A DNA stretch of 64,000 nucleotides from a virus. The DNA is taken from positions 4,118-68,117 of IMG/VR virus record IMGVR_UViG_3300021961_000078; one strand, 5' to 3'. The position numbers and the translations under genes were made by a program. Below the pieces are notes generated by a model that had not been told where the DNA came from, did not search any database, and worked only from the letters and a program-made list of their open reading frames with translations. This document shows positions 36,101 through 44,282 of the stretch, in pieces. The first letter of the stretch is position 1. Each line of letters starts with the position of its first letter.

Positions 36101-36599
36101 AGATCAGTTTGAATAACTTGACTGCAGACTCTGGATTCTTTTCCAACCAGTCTAGGACACCAAATATAATGAAGTATTTGGCAACAGTGCCCAGGATACC
36201 ACCTAGAGCCTGTAGGAATCCCTTGACAGGTTTCTTGACCTTATCTGCAAACTTCTTTTTATCTTTCTGTGCTTCCTTATCGCCCTTTTCTGCTGCATCT
36301 TCAGCTTTCTGTCTCTTCTTCTTCTCAAACAGTTTACCGTAAAACCTTTGCATCCTCTTAGCAAAGGTTTCTTTGGATTTTGTCTCATCCTCAATGCGGG
36401 TTACTGTTGCTTGAGTATTAGATCTAAGAAACTCTCGCTCAAACTCTACTAATTTTCTCGACTGCTCCAGATGCTGCCCAATACCCTCCACCAAGACTCC
36501 CGTGCGGTTGATACCTTTACGGAGCTCGTTGAAATTCGTGCCAATAGCAGTCTTGGCGGCGAAGGGTTTGATTTTGACGAAACTACGGATAGCTGCCAT
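33141..36599 (-). CDS. Tape-measure/hub-like protein with GH24 lysozyme and C39-like peptidase domains
   Basis: YEGIRENAYPD....PTIGIG..RRNDE (lysozyme E-D-T); VPYLNQ..QCYSTT..GHWGMVVGY..VHDPFG (Cys-His-Asp). Confidence 0.8.
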   Translation of the reverse strand: MAAIRSFVKIKPFAAKTAIGTNFNELRKGINRTGVLVEGIGQHLEQSRKLVEFEREFLRSNTQATVTRIEDETKSKETFAKRMQRFYGKLFEKKKRQKAEDAAEKGDKEAQKDKKKFADKVKKPVKGFLQALGGILGTVAKYFIIFGVLDWLEKNPESAVKLFKLIYHIGKFAYNIASFGINGVMNGLTNMFGDFSADGINENIVKRGFRFLLGAFQLLGGVAALKAAQYVMMPWKLMQDINFVRGIFSRQAAMEAETEVSREKRMTGYRDKKTGVIYTKEEVEQMRKSAQRADAKRGKKAGKGMKSSLYQDELKQRLQGQYGSRQKGPLGKLQQRGRIAGKKLNKGFNNFAKANPGKVAAGVSILGGVTRIAGGLAAGESAGKAVGAGVGQAAGGVLGAAAGTALLGPFLGPFAPMVGSAIGSFLGEWVGGELGPLLEPIFGPIKRYFGMMFKVVSGVFGEVFQPIKELFSALFDFVGQLASILMEVAGILKDFADFIFGGIMDTIGKTVQFVINNAKRLMDPMSVAKGYADMLTFNLFDFDGYNKRAAGGPVEFAAGGVFMTRTEKKRQDVLDILTDTGDNGFIGVLKTIVDFVSGLTGGKAQAATQPGSTPGAGAASDGTPSSGAGAGDVPVSGDFDTKFAALLGNYEGIRENAYPDAIHGWSVPTIGIGATYYPSGFRLSGKVKKGDKITKEEAYWIKAKHIKEHRARLIREVGDSYGKAPDKVKAALESVVFNYGSLDGAGIRGLVKQALDSGDYTPVIKAYRERLAKHNKGVNSWRRNDEATVMESGRSPRVGIQFAAEGGKIIQNVPYLNQRANKQDKFGRPGDTQCYSTTMAMWTSQLLGKSMTSEDYNKVRQKYGSSTEANPQRKALADFGIDSSLRTGGSWSNLRSEIDAGYPIPVGFKYKGSGHWGMVVGYKNNGFVVHDPFGQLNHGGTWKKTNSSGNKTDGPGKYYFMDKNLFQNQLPDGDVWWWKAPRSIKPSKKFGDGKDIESTTSEGQTSETGGGDSGASTKPEKELTLDESVDQLMKTFEGDFRKAFMNMMGSTDLDVSSGLRGYRTLRGDALESATKQRAMISQSEITGTKVKQFVDLQNKVRKKAQRDKDRKTVIAPPTVVTNTIQQPVINNRGGQAPNIIHTKPSPLLTHNK

Positions 36600-36784
36600 T
36601 AGAGAGACATGCGATTTCTTTCTTGAGACTGCCGTCTTTCCTCTTCAGCAATGTATGCTAATAGGAGATTCACATATACATCTCTTTCCCACGGCATCAT
36701 ATTCTCCATTTCGGTAAGAGAATATTTGTGATGTTGCATCAGTGCAAAATTAGTCTTGTAATAGTTTTCAAGACTATTATGCAT
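36599..36784 (-). CDS. gp51: Baseplate hub assembly catalyst
   Basis: YYKTNFALMQHHKYSLTEMENMMPWERDVY. Confidence 0.9.
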   Translation of the reverse strand: MHNSLENYYKTNFALMQHHKYSLTEMENMMPWERDVYVNLLLAYIAEEERRQSQERNRMSL

Positions 36785-36789
36785 TAGGG

Positions 36790-37494
36790 CTACTCGAAAA
36801 AAGATGCGAGACCCTCAAGGACAACATCAGTCTTTACTCCAGTCTTGGGATTCTTGACCTCAAGTGTATAAGACAGTTTGGGCATGGTTTCAAAGAATGC
36901 CTGAATCTTAGCAAACTGATCAGAATTCAGGTTTTCCAGGAATTCAAGTGCCTCTGCTTTAGTGAAGGAATCATAGATTTCTTCATCGTCATACACTTTA
37001 TCAATACATCCTGCAGCAAGTGCAAAGACATCTTCCAAGGATGGATTATCCGACATATTCTGATTAACGAATACGTCAATGGAAGGGTATTTCATCATAA
37101 CGCCGACCTTATCATCCAGAAGGATCTTCTGCTTATGCCCCTCGGGGACAACAACAGCAACCTCTTCCAGAGGCACAGCAACTTCAACTTGGGTTTCTTC
37201 ATCGTCGGGACAAGTGACTTTGAATTCACTAATCTCGCCAACTGCTTTACCACGAATTCTAAGGAAAATATACTCGATCTCAAATGTAGCGAGATCTTCA
37301 ACCTTATTCTTCAGGTTTGTGCAGTTTTTAATGATGGTCTTAACCGCCTTAATCATCTCCTTCTCACTTTGAGATTCCATAGCAAGATAGAGGAGTTTCT
37401 CTTCCTTCACCAGGAAGGGGCGGTATGCAACTTTAGTGCCAGAAATAGGCAATGTCAATTCGTATTCAGGAATTGCAAGTTTAGGTAAAGGCAT
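36790..37494 (-). CDS. gp26: Baseplate hub subunit
   Basis: MPLPK..YRPFLVKEEK..FEIEYIFLRIRGKAVGE..LEGLASFF. Confidence 0.93.
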   Translation of the reverse strand: MPLPKLAIPEYELTLPISGTKVAYRPFLVKEEKLLYLAMESQSEKEMIKAVKTIIKNCTNLKNKVEDLATFEIEYIFLRIRGKAVGEISEFKVTCPDDEETQVEVAVPLEEVAVVVPEGHKQKILLDDKVGVMMKYPSIDVFVNQNMSDNPSLEDVFALAAGCIDKVYDDEEIYDSFTKAEALEFLENLNSDQFAKIQAFFETMPKLSYTLEVKNPKTGVKTDVVLEGLASFFE

Positions 37495-37519
37495 AATATT
37501 CCATAACTGTTGAAATTAT

Positions 37520-38266
37520 TTAGACGCCAAATTGAGCGACATCTCTCTGCTCCACGGAGTAACCAAGAGTTTCTGCAATACTATCAAATGTATTGATGAT
37601 CTTGTCACCACCGTTATTTGTAAATGGCAGAGTCTTTTCCGCCACAGTATCAAATCTATATCTTTCGTAATAGAAAGAGATATCCAACTTAATTAGATCT
37701 GTAGGTCCATTATTTAGTTGCATCGCTGACATATCAAATGGGAATGCACCATACATCTGCCATATTCCAGACACTCTGTTAAGTCTCTGTCTATACTTAT
37801 TATTATCCTTGGTATATCCTTCATACACAATAGGAGATCCCAACTCCCACTTCTTGACCAAAATATTGGTTGTATACTCGCTGTAAAAGGTAACTCTATT
37901 CTCTGCATCAGATGCAGTGTAATTCATCCATCTCTCAAACAGAGTGCGATGATAAAGATTCTTCGGAAGGATGAAGGAAACTTGCATCTCAGAGAATGTG
38001 GTGTCAGTTGCAAACTTACGCATTGCACCAACACTTCTTACCTGACCCGTTGTAATTCTTCTACCAGGAATGCTGACATTATCTGCAAGTGCATTAACCT
38101 GATCATAGTGCTCTCTCAGTCTAGATCTGATTGTAGCATCTTGAGCGAGAAGCACCTGGGGGAGAGCGATCTCAATGCCGTACAGATTTGATCTCGCTGG
38201 CTCAAGTGTGCCCGCTGTCACCAGATTCATAAAACGACCGAAGCCGTTATCGTCTCTGTATGCCAT
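37520..38266 (-). CDS. Tail tube/baseplate junction protein (gp19/gp54 family)
   Basis: ARSNLY, SIPGR.I.T, FERWM, GAFP...SAMQL, LDISFYY. Confidence 0.7.
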   Translation of the reverse strand: MAYRDDNGFGRFMNLVTAGTLEPARSNLYGIEIALPQVLLAQDATIRSRLREHYDQVNALADNVSIPGRRITTGQVRSVGAMRKFATDTTFSEMQVSFILPKNLYHRTLFERWMNYTASDAENRVTFYSEYTTNILVKKWELGSPIVYEGYTKDNNKYRQRLNRVSGIWQMYGAFPFDMSAMQLNNGPTDLIKLDISFYYERYRFDTVAEKTLPFTNNGGDKIINTFDSIAETLGYSVEQRDVAQFGV

Positions 38267-38736
38267 TAAAGTTTACTCCAAATAAAGCTGCTGGGGACAT
38301 CAATCATTCGCCCGACTCTAGACATTGTGAATTGCTCAATCGGTAGGGGTGTCATATTATTGAGATCTTCACGTCTAATGGTTTTTACACCAGATACGTT
38401 AGACATGAAGTATTTATGGTAACAACGCTCAGGAAACGCAACACTGCCCCTCGACCAATTATTACAGATTGTCTTTCTAGCTTCAGGTCTTAGATAGTGA
38501 GCATTTCCCCCAGAAAACTGCATATTCTGAGTATCTTTGTCAGTGATCAAGACCATAGGAAATCGGTCATAAAAGGGCAACTTCTCAGTTGCAGCAGCAT
38601 AGGAAAAGAGAATAATATCTCCCACATCAAATGATCCAGTATAGTCCTGCAGTCCATAAAATAACTGCTCCCTATACCATTCCTTTGACTGCTTTTTACC
38701 TCCAGATAAGTCTTTAACGTCTGTGAAGATGCTCAT
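38266..38736 (-). CDS. gp2: DNA end protector
   Basis: LPFYDRFPMV, GGNAHYL.PEAR, HKY; next to gp4. Confidence 0.8.
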   Translation of the reverse strand: MSIFTDVKDLSGGKKQSKEWYREQLFYGLQDYTGSFDVGDIILFSYAAATEKLPFYDRFPMVLITDKDTQNMQFSGGNAHYLRPEARKTICNNWSRGSVAFPERCYHKYFMSNVSGVKTIRREDLNNMTPLPIEQFTMSRVGRMIDVPSSFIWSKL

Positions 38737-39167
38737 ACCTTCAATTCTACTTCGGTGAGTATTACGAAATCCATCTTTCGATCAGCACAATACTCTCTTG
38801 CTGCCTTCCACTTCGCATCATTGACAGCATAAGTCTTGACCTCAGTCAAGTATTTCTTGGTAACCCGTCCTCGCTGCTTTGGAGGCGCAGTTTGCGACTT
38901 TGGTTTAACCTCGACAACGAACCTCTTAATCCCTCCGTCCCTGGTCCTTGCTCGAACGTAGAAGTCTGGAAAATAACGGTGAATCCTATTATCAACAGGG
39001 CTGATGTAGGGGATAATAATTTCTTCACTGCCCCATTCCAGAATGTTTTCATTGCGGTCGCACCACACCATAAACTTTCTTTCCCACAAAGACCTATAAA
39101 TAATATTTGTAGGATCACCCTTATACTTATGTCTGTTTGATGGTCGGAATTTTCCAGAATAACTCAT
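38733..39167 (-). CDS. gp4: Head completion nuclease
   Basis: YSGKFRP.N.HKYKGDP.NIIYRSLWE, HRYFPDF, EVKP. Confidence 0.95.
   Translation of the reverse strand: MSYSGKFRPSNRHKYKGDPTNIIYRSLWERKFMVWCDRNENILEWGSEEIIIPYISPVDNRIHRYFPDFYVRARTRDGGIKRFVVEVKPKSQTAPPKQRGRVTKKYLTEVKTYAVNDAKWKAAREYCADRKMDFVILTEVELKV
39095..39102 (+). promoter_or_regulatory. Late promoter TATAAATA for gp48-gp53, inside gp4
   Basis: Exact TATAAATA on + strand 64 bp upstream of gp48. Confidence 0.75.
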
Positions 39168-40056
39168 GACACTTATTTATCCAAGGGCCAAACCTTACGG
39201 TGCTAACTCAACTAATAGTCAAAATGCAATTCGTGATGAGGCAGCATTTCCTACTGAGGTAATTGATTACCTCAAATTGGAGATCTATGACCCCATCAGC
39301 GATGCGTTGATTACTACTTTGTATTTATACCTGCCTGCTAAACTCAGCGAGTCGTATAAAGCGAAGTATGCTGGTGTTGAATTGGGTGCAGTGGGTGCTG
39401 CTGCCGTAGGTGCCGCTCGTGATGCAATCTCTGCAGGTGGTATCGGTGAAGGTTTCGCTCAACAGGTTGAAAGTTTCGCTAAAGCAGCAAAACCTGCTCT
39501 TGGATACTCCTTGGGTGCTGCAGCAATTAACAAGGTGATCTCTGCTACTGGTGGTAGTGGCAGTCTCACTGCTGGAGCACTGACACAACTTACCTCTGGT
39601 AGGGTCTTCAACCCCTACGAAGAAGCAATCTTCCAGGGCACAGACTTCCGTGATCACCAGTTTGATTTCAAGATGGCACCTAAAGATTCATCAGATGTGC
39701 AAACGATTGTTGAGATCATTGATACCTTGCGTAAAGCAATGCTTCCTGGTAAAGATGGTGATAACTGGTTGACTATTCCCAACTACTTCAGAATTGCAGT
39801 GATGAGATATAAGGGAAGTGGTGACTCTGAGACCATTTCCGCTCCAGGTGACGGTAGTGGGACTCTGGCAAGAATTATGCAATTCCCCACAAATCTTGTT
39901 TTGACAGATATGAGTGTTGATCTGTCTCCCGATGGTAATTATGCTTCTCTCCAAACATATCTTGGAGATCCAACTGCGGACTACGGTCCTGTTTCTTACA
40001 ACATGCGTCTTGCATTCAAAGAAACATCTTACCTCACCAAAGAGTCATTCGCATAA
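39166..40056 (+). CDS. gp48: Baseplate tail tube cap
   Basis: LYLP, FNPYEEAIFQG..FR.HQFDFKMAPK, L.FKE. Confidence 0.88.
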   Translation: MTLIYPRAKPYGANSTNSQNAIRDEAAFPTEVIDYLKLEIYDPISDALITTLYLYLPAKLSESYKAKYAGVELGAVGAAAVGAARDAISAGGIGEGFAQQVESFAKAAKPALGYSLGAAAINKVISATGGSGSLTAGALTQLTSGRVFNPYEEAIFQGTDFRDHQFDFKMAPKDSSDVQTIVEIIDTLRKAMLPGKDGDNWLTIPNYFRIAVMRYKGSGDSETISAPGDGSGTLARIMQFPTNLVLTDMSVDLSPDGNYASLQTYLGDPTADYGPVSYNMRLAFKETSYLTKESFA

Positions 40057-40979
40057 TGTCAAAATACTTCAGTCGCTTACCAAATGTCTATGTAAGGACA
40101 TCGAGTTATCGGACAAACAACAACGATCCGTATGTCCTTGCTAAGAATATCTTCAGGAGAATCAAGATCCGCGAGAATCTTGATGATGTAATCCTGGGAT
40201 TCTCTCAGTATACCATTTCCAACAACAGCAGACCCGATCAGGTTGCTCTGGAATTTTATGGGCAAATGGAATACGACTGGGTGGTGCTCATATGCAATAA
40301 CATCATCAACATATATGATGAATGGCCTATGACTGAAGATGAGTTATACAACTATCTGGTCAGAAAGTATGGTGTTAGTCATGTTGAAGATATCCACCAC
40401 TGGGAAACTCAGGAGCAGAGAGATCTGAAGGGCAGAGTTGTCCTTAAAGGTGGTTTGCAGGTCCCTGAAGACTTTTATTACACAAGACCCGATGGGTCTG
40501 TAGTGCCCAGATTGCAATTAGTGGTGCCTGTTACCAATTATGAGTATGAATCGCAATTAAACGACTATAAGAGAAATATCTACCTCTTGAGAAAAGAGTA
40601 TGTTTCTCAGTTTATCGACGAATTCAGATCTTTGACCAAATATCTGCCTTCCAGCGAAACCGACCCAGATTCACAAGCGAAGAGATCTTACAATACGACT
40701 CGCGAGCCCTTTATTCCCGTCAAACCTACATACGAGACTTTGGTGGGTCAAACCTCTTCTATCGAATTTGCATCAGAGCAAGAATATACGTCCAGGACAG
40801 TCACTCTGGAGCAAATCGGTCTTGATGAAGGTGATGTTTTGGCAACTGGGGCGACAATTGCTGTAACTGCTGCTGGCACGTCAGCACAGACAGTTGTAGC
40901 AGGTCAAACCGATGAAGAGATTGTAAACTCTTTTGGTAGTGCTGGATCTTCTACAGGTCAGACTTCCACTGGGTATTAA
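40056..40979 (+). CDS. gp53: Baseplate wedge subunit
   Basis: YFSRLPN, KNIFRR, RPDQVA..FYG..YDWVVL..NNI, IHHWET, VTNYEYE..LND.KR. Confidence 0.92.
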   Translation: MSKYFSRLPNVYVRTSSYRTNNNDPYVLAKNIFRRIKIRENLDDVILGFSQYTISNNSRPDQVALEFYGQMEYDWVVLICNNIINIYDEWPMTEDELYNYLVRKYGVSHVEDIHHWETQEQRDLKGRVVLKGGLQVPEDFYYTRPDGSVVPRLQLVVPVTNYEYESQLNDYKRNIYLLRKEYVSQFIDEFRSLTKYLPSSETDPDSQAKRSYNTTREPFIPVKPTYETLVGQTSSIEFASEQEYTSRTVTLEQIGLDEGDVLATGATIAVTAAGTSAQTVVAGQTDEEIVNSFGSAGSSTGQTSTGY

Positions 40980-41218
40980 AAGAGGTTATGCTCTTTTCCG
41001 TATTGTAGCAATTCCTTAAGATGACCCACATGTTGCGCTCCAAGTGCAATTTGTGGGTATTCTGCGTCTGGACCAAATTCTTGCTCAAACGCTCTTTGGG
41101 TGAAATGGTCATTTAGGCGATATTCTAGATATTCGCCTCCTAACGATTTTAGCAGTGCTGCTGCTCTTTCACACTCAATACTACCATTGGAATAAATGAC
41201 TGCTGTAAGTGGGATCAT
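40976..41218 (-). CDS. Glutaredoxin-like protein (SxxC)
   Basis: IYSNGSIECER, EFGPDAEYPQI. Confidence 0.7.
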   Translation of the reverse strand: MIPLTAVIYSNGSIECERAAALLKSLGGEYLEYRLNDHFTQRAFEQEFGPDAEYPQIALGAQHVGHLKELLQYGKEHNLF

Positions 41219-41535
41219 TAGTCTCGTTGCCTCCAATCGTCAGTTTTGTCTCTACTAAACCAGTCTATAATATCGTCTGCACTATCAAATCTAGATTTGT
41301 GATTGGAGGGGTCGGGATCACCCAGATCAAGTTTATTCATAAAGTCATCTAAACTCCCTTCCTCCATATTAGGGTTTGCTGCTTCTCGTCTCGCCCTCCT
41401 TAACATTGCATCTGCTGAATGATTGGACTTTGCCAATTTCTGTGCCCAGATCATATCTTCGATCTTGACTTCTTCACTCTTGGAGATCCTATCGCAGATA
41501 AACTCCAGGCGTTGACGATACTGATTCGACAGCAT
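41218..41535 (-). CDS. Conserved cyanophage-type hypothetical protein
   Basis: MLSNQYRQRLEFIC..DMIWAQKL..DDWRQRD. Confidence 0.75.
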   Translation of the reverse strand: MLSNQYRQRLEFICDRISKSEEVKIEDMIWAQKLAKSNHSADAMLRRARREAANPNMEEGSLDDFMNKLDLGDPDPSNHKSRFDSADDIIDWFSRDKTDDWRQRD

Positions 41536-41583
41536 ACAAACTCTCGCTCACATCCTTAGTATTTATTGAAAAACCCTGGGGGC

Positions 41584-41613
41584 GAAAAAATACCCCGAAT
41601 TTTTTTTCGGGGT
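41584..41613. repeat. Inverted repeat with A/T tracts (terminator-like)
   Basis: aaaaaat-accccgaa-tttttt-ttcggggt. Confidence 0.6.
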
Positions 41614-41646
41614 CTTTGTAAATCAAAGGTCGATTTTGGTTTGGGG

Positions 41647-41895
41647 TCAGCATGGACGGCGACGAATCTGGTCGCGTGTCTCGTAGTGTCCTTCAACGTA
41701 GTGGTAGGGTCCCAAATAATATCCTGGGACCCATACTCTCTTGGTCACGATCACTTCACAATACCTTTGGGGGCGTTGATGATAGTGATGGTGGTGATGA
41801 TCTTCACGAAGCGGTTCCCAAAACTCTCCCCAAGTTATTGCACTAGCAGGGGAAGCAGTAAACAGTATCAGGGGGAGAGCAAGGAGTTTCTTCAT
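41647..41895 (-). CDS. Small exported His-rich protein
   Basis: Signal peptide MKKLLALPLILFTASPASA; DHHHHHYH; VWVPGYY...YVEGHY. Confidence 0.7.
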   Translation of the reverse strand: MKKLLALPLILFTASPASAITWGEFWEPLREDHHHHHYHQRPQRYCEVIVTKRVWVPGYYLGPYHYVEGHYETRDQIRRRPC

Positions 41896-42800
41896 CAGTC
41901 TTCAGCAGCGAGGGCAGCAAAGTAGGACAGATCAGGTTCGTCTGACTCCTCAAGTCTAGCACCGAAACCACTGGGAGTGGGGTCGGGTGCGACCACTGGT
42001 GAAGGTGTCATATCAAACTCTTCTTCCTCATCCTCAAACTGAGGGCGGGACTGAGTAGGACGTGAAGTCTTACCGAGCACCAGATTCAGACGCTCTTCCA
42101 GTTTCTCATAGGACTTGAATGCACCAGGGTCGGTGAATTCCTTGAGAGAATACTGGGACTTCCAGATCTCTTCCAGACGCTCGTCATCGAAATTGCCGAG
42201 GGTAGAAGGTGATCCGAAGTCAGACTTATCGTAATTCCAGTAACCACCAATGGTCTGGATCTTGATACGGAAGTCAGCACCTTTCCAGAGATCGAAAGGA
42301 TTGATGGGTTCTTCATCTTCAAACTGAGGTTGCATGGAAGACACGATCTTGTCATGGATCTTCTTGCCATACTTGTAAAGGAATACTTTACCCTCATTCT
42401 CAGGGTTGAGTTGGTCCTTCACGACATAGATGTTGCTGTAGTAGGACAGTTTACGCTTCTGCTTACGAGCAATCTCTTTGTCAGCATCAACACCGCTATT
42501 CCACAGGGTCCGATTCAACTCACCAACAGGATCTTTCTGACCCAGAGTGGTGAGAGAGTTTTCAATATACCATCCACCAGGACCTTGGAAAGCGTGACTC
42601 CAAACCTGTGCCCAGGGAAGATCTTCCCCTTCAGGTTCGGGCAGGAAACGAATCACGGCATAACCGTTACCGCTCTTGTCCACCCCAGGTTTCCAGAGAC
42701 GCTCATCAGGACCTGCGCCTTGGGGTTTGGACATTTTCTCAATCTGCTGAGTCAGTTTAGCAAACTGACCAGACTTGGACTTGAGACTTGAAAAAGACAT
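41895..42800 (-). CDS. gp32: Single-stranded DNA-binding protein
   Basis: DKSGNGYAVIRFLP, GWYIENSLTT, KYGKKI, NYDKS, acidic tail ending YFAALAAED. Confidence 0.97.
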   Translation of the reverse strand: MSFSSLKSKSGQFAKLTQQIEKMSKPQGAGPDERLWKPGVDKSGNGYAVIRFLPEPEGEDLPWAQVWSHAFQGPGGWYIENSLTTLGQKDPVGELNRTLWNSGVDADKEIARKQKRKLSYYSNIYVVKDQLNPENEGKVFLYKYGKKIHDKIVSSMQPQFEDEEPINPFDLWKGADFRIKIQTIGGYWNYDKSDFGSPSTLGNFDDERLEEIWKSQYSLKEFTDPGAFKSYEKLEERLNLVLGKTSRPTQSRPQFEDEEEEFDMTPSPVVAPDPTPSGFGARLEESDEPDLSYFAALAAED

Positions 42801-42861
42801 TTGTGTTTCTCCGTTGTTTTTGTGTGGTTTGTATTGCCACCATGTAATGATGGCACATTAT

Positions 42862-43014
42862 TTAGGCGGCGTCAAGCGCCTGTGTGCGGTTGTAGATGTG
42901 GATCCTCTCACCGTCGTGGGTGAAGACCAGCTCATCATCGGGATCCCAGCACAGCTCTTGGTAGAGAGCATCGAGTCGCTCCATATCTTCAAAAAGTTGA
43001 TTAGGATTCGGCAT
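42862..43014 (-). CDS. Small hypothetical protein (50 aa)
   Basis: MPNPNQLFEDMERLDALYQELCWDPDDELVFTHDGERIHIYNRTQALDAA. Confidence 0.6.
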   Translation of the reverse strand: MPNPNQLFEDMERLDALYQELCWDPDDELVFTHDGERIHIYNRTQALDAA

Positions 43015-43366
43015 CTCTGATCTCTTTCCTCCATTTTTGTAGTTTATCCTCCATAGTTTGAAGGATCATCATGAGATCCATGCCACCTGAATACTGCTTC
43101 GACATAGTATCGATGCGGTCTTTTACAAATGACGCTTCTTCACTACCTTCGTCTTCTGGACTTATACCATGGGATGCCAGAGCAAGACGGGCATAAAAGA
43201 TCTTTTGTTTTGCAATCAATTCAAGAGTCTTTTCAATATGATCTAGTCTTTCTGCAGGACTAAAGTCTGCTAGACCAGAAGACATCTGCAGAAGATCTGT
43301 ATAAGTCTTCTGGATGTCTTCTAACTCTTCAACAACTGCTTCTGATTTGAAAAAATTGTCAGTCAT
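43001..43366 (-). CDS. DUF1825-like protein
   Basis: FFKSEAVVEELEDI..LIAKQKIFYARL. Confidence 0.7.
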   Translation of the reverse strand: MTDNFFKSEAVVEELEDIQKTYTDLLQMSSGLADFSPAERLDHIEKTLELIAKQKIFYARLALASHGISPEDEGSEEASFVKDRIDTMSKQYSGGMDLMMILQTMEDKLQKWRKEIRDAES

Positions 43367-43608
43367 AGGGGAAGTACTCCTCTGCTTGTCCGTTTCATAT
43401 AATTAAGTTGTTGAGCATCCCACTTGATCTTATCCTTGAGAGGTTTGGAGATCAGTTTACTAACAGTTTCAACTTCGATTTCAAATTCTTCGCAGATAGA
43501 AGTGACTGCCTCAATATAATTGATGAGACCCTTACTTTCTTTGACTCGATGCTCAACGAGTGAAGTGAATTTGCCTTGTGTCATAAACTTTTCTTCAATT
43601 TCTTTCAT
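43363..43608 (-). CDS. gp33: Late transcription coactivator
   Basis: NYIEAV..ICEE.EIEVETV.KLISKPLKDKI..DA..LNY. Confidence 0.9.
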   Translation of the reverse strand: MKEIEEKFMTQGKFTSLVEHRVKESKGLINYIEAVTSICEEFEIEVETVSKLISKPLKDKIKWDAQQLNYMKRTSRGVLPL

Positions 43609-44282
43609 TTAATACCCCCGACGTAGTAGTGATAGTCTTCGATCCAATCACAAAGGGTATTGATGTAAGGTATTTTATCATACTTTTGGACCACTTGAGT
43701 CTCTCCATTTTCAGCAACAGAGAGAGTGACCAGTTTAGTTACTTCAACACCAGTTAATTCATAATACATGTAGGCATATGCTGCCTCCTGCACAAAGAAT
43801 TTTTCTAGATGCTCTTCCTTCTTGAGTTGTTTGGTTGTTTTGAAGTCGATTATAGCAAGCTCGCCAGCATAGTTAGCAATACAATCAACCCGCCCAGCAA
43901 CACCAAGGCGACGAGAGTAAAGAGGGGCTTCAAGAACGTGAATATCAGAAATAAGATCAAGATCCTTACGAGCAAACCCAAAGAGGTACTTGGGAAGACC
44001 CTCGCTCTTTTCAACTTCTTCCAATTCATTATTTAGGTAATGCTCCACGATAGTATGGTATTTAGTGCCTCTCCAAGAAGCAGCACGACGGATCTTCTCC
44101 GCCTCAGTGTAACCGATACGCTCCTCCCACTTGAGGATACCTTGCTTTGATTGATGACCGACAACGGTGGTGACAGAAGGCATCCACACGTCCTCGATCT
44201 TATAAAATCGTCCATGATCTAATGTCCTGCTCTCTAACTCTTTGAGTGGAGCAGCAGGACCCACATTATTAAAAGGCATCAT
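43605..44282 (-). CDS. PD-(D/E)xK exonuclease
   Basis: PSVTTV, RGTKYH, AGRVDCIA..IIDFKT, Q.AAY. Confidence 0.88.
   Translation of the reverse strand: MMPFNNVGPAAPLKELESRTLDHGRFYKIEDVWMPSVTTVVGHQSKQGILKWEERIGYTEAEKIRRAASWRGTKYHTIVEHYLNNELEEVEKSEGLPKYLFGFARKDLDLISDIHVLEAPLYSRRLGVAGRVDCIANYAGELAIIDFKTTKQLKKEEHLEKFFVQEAAYAYMYYELTGVEVTKLVTLSVAENGETQVVQKYDKIPYINTLCDWIEDYHYYVGGIK

Noticed and set aside
43605-44282. Cas4 / CRISPR system
   Set aside because: No four-Cys Fe-S pattern, no repeat-spacer array seen, and the context is the usual phoH-exonuclease-gp33 block
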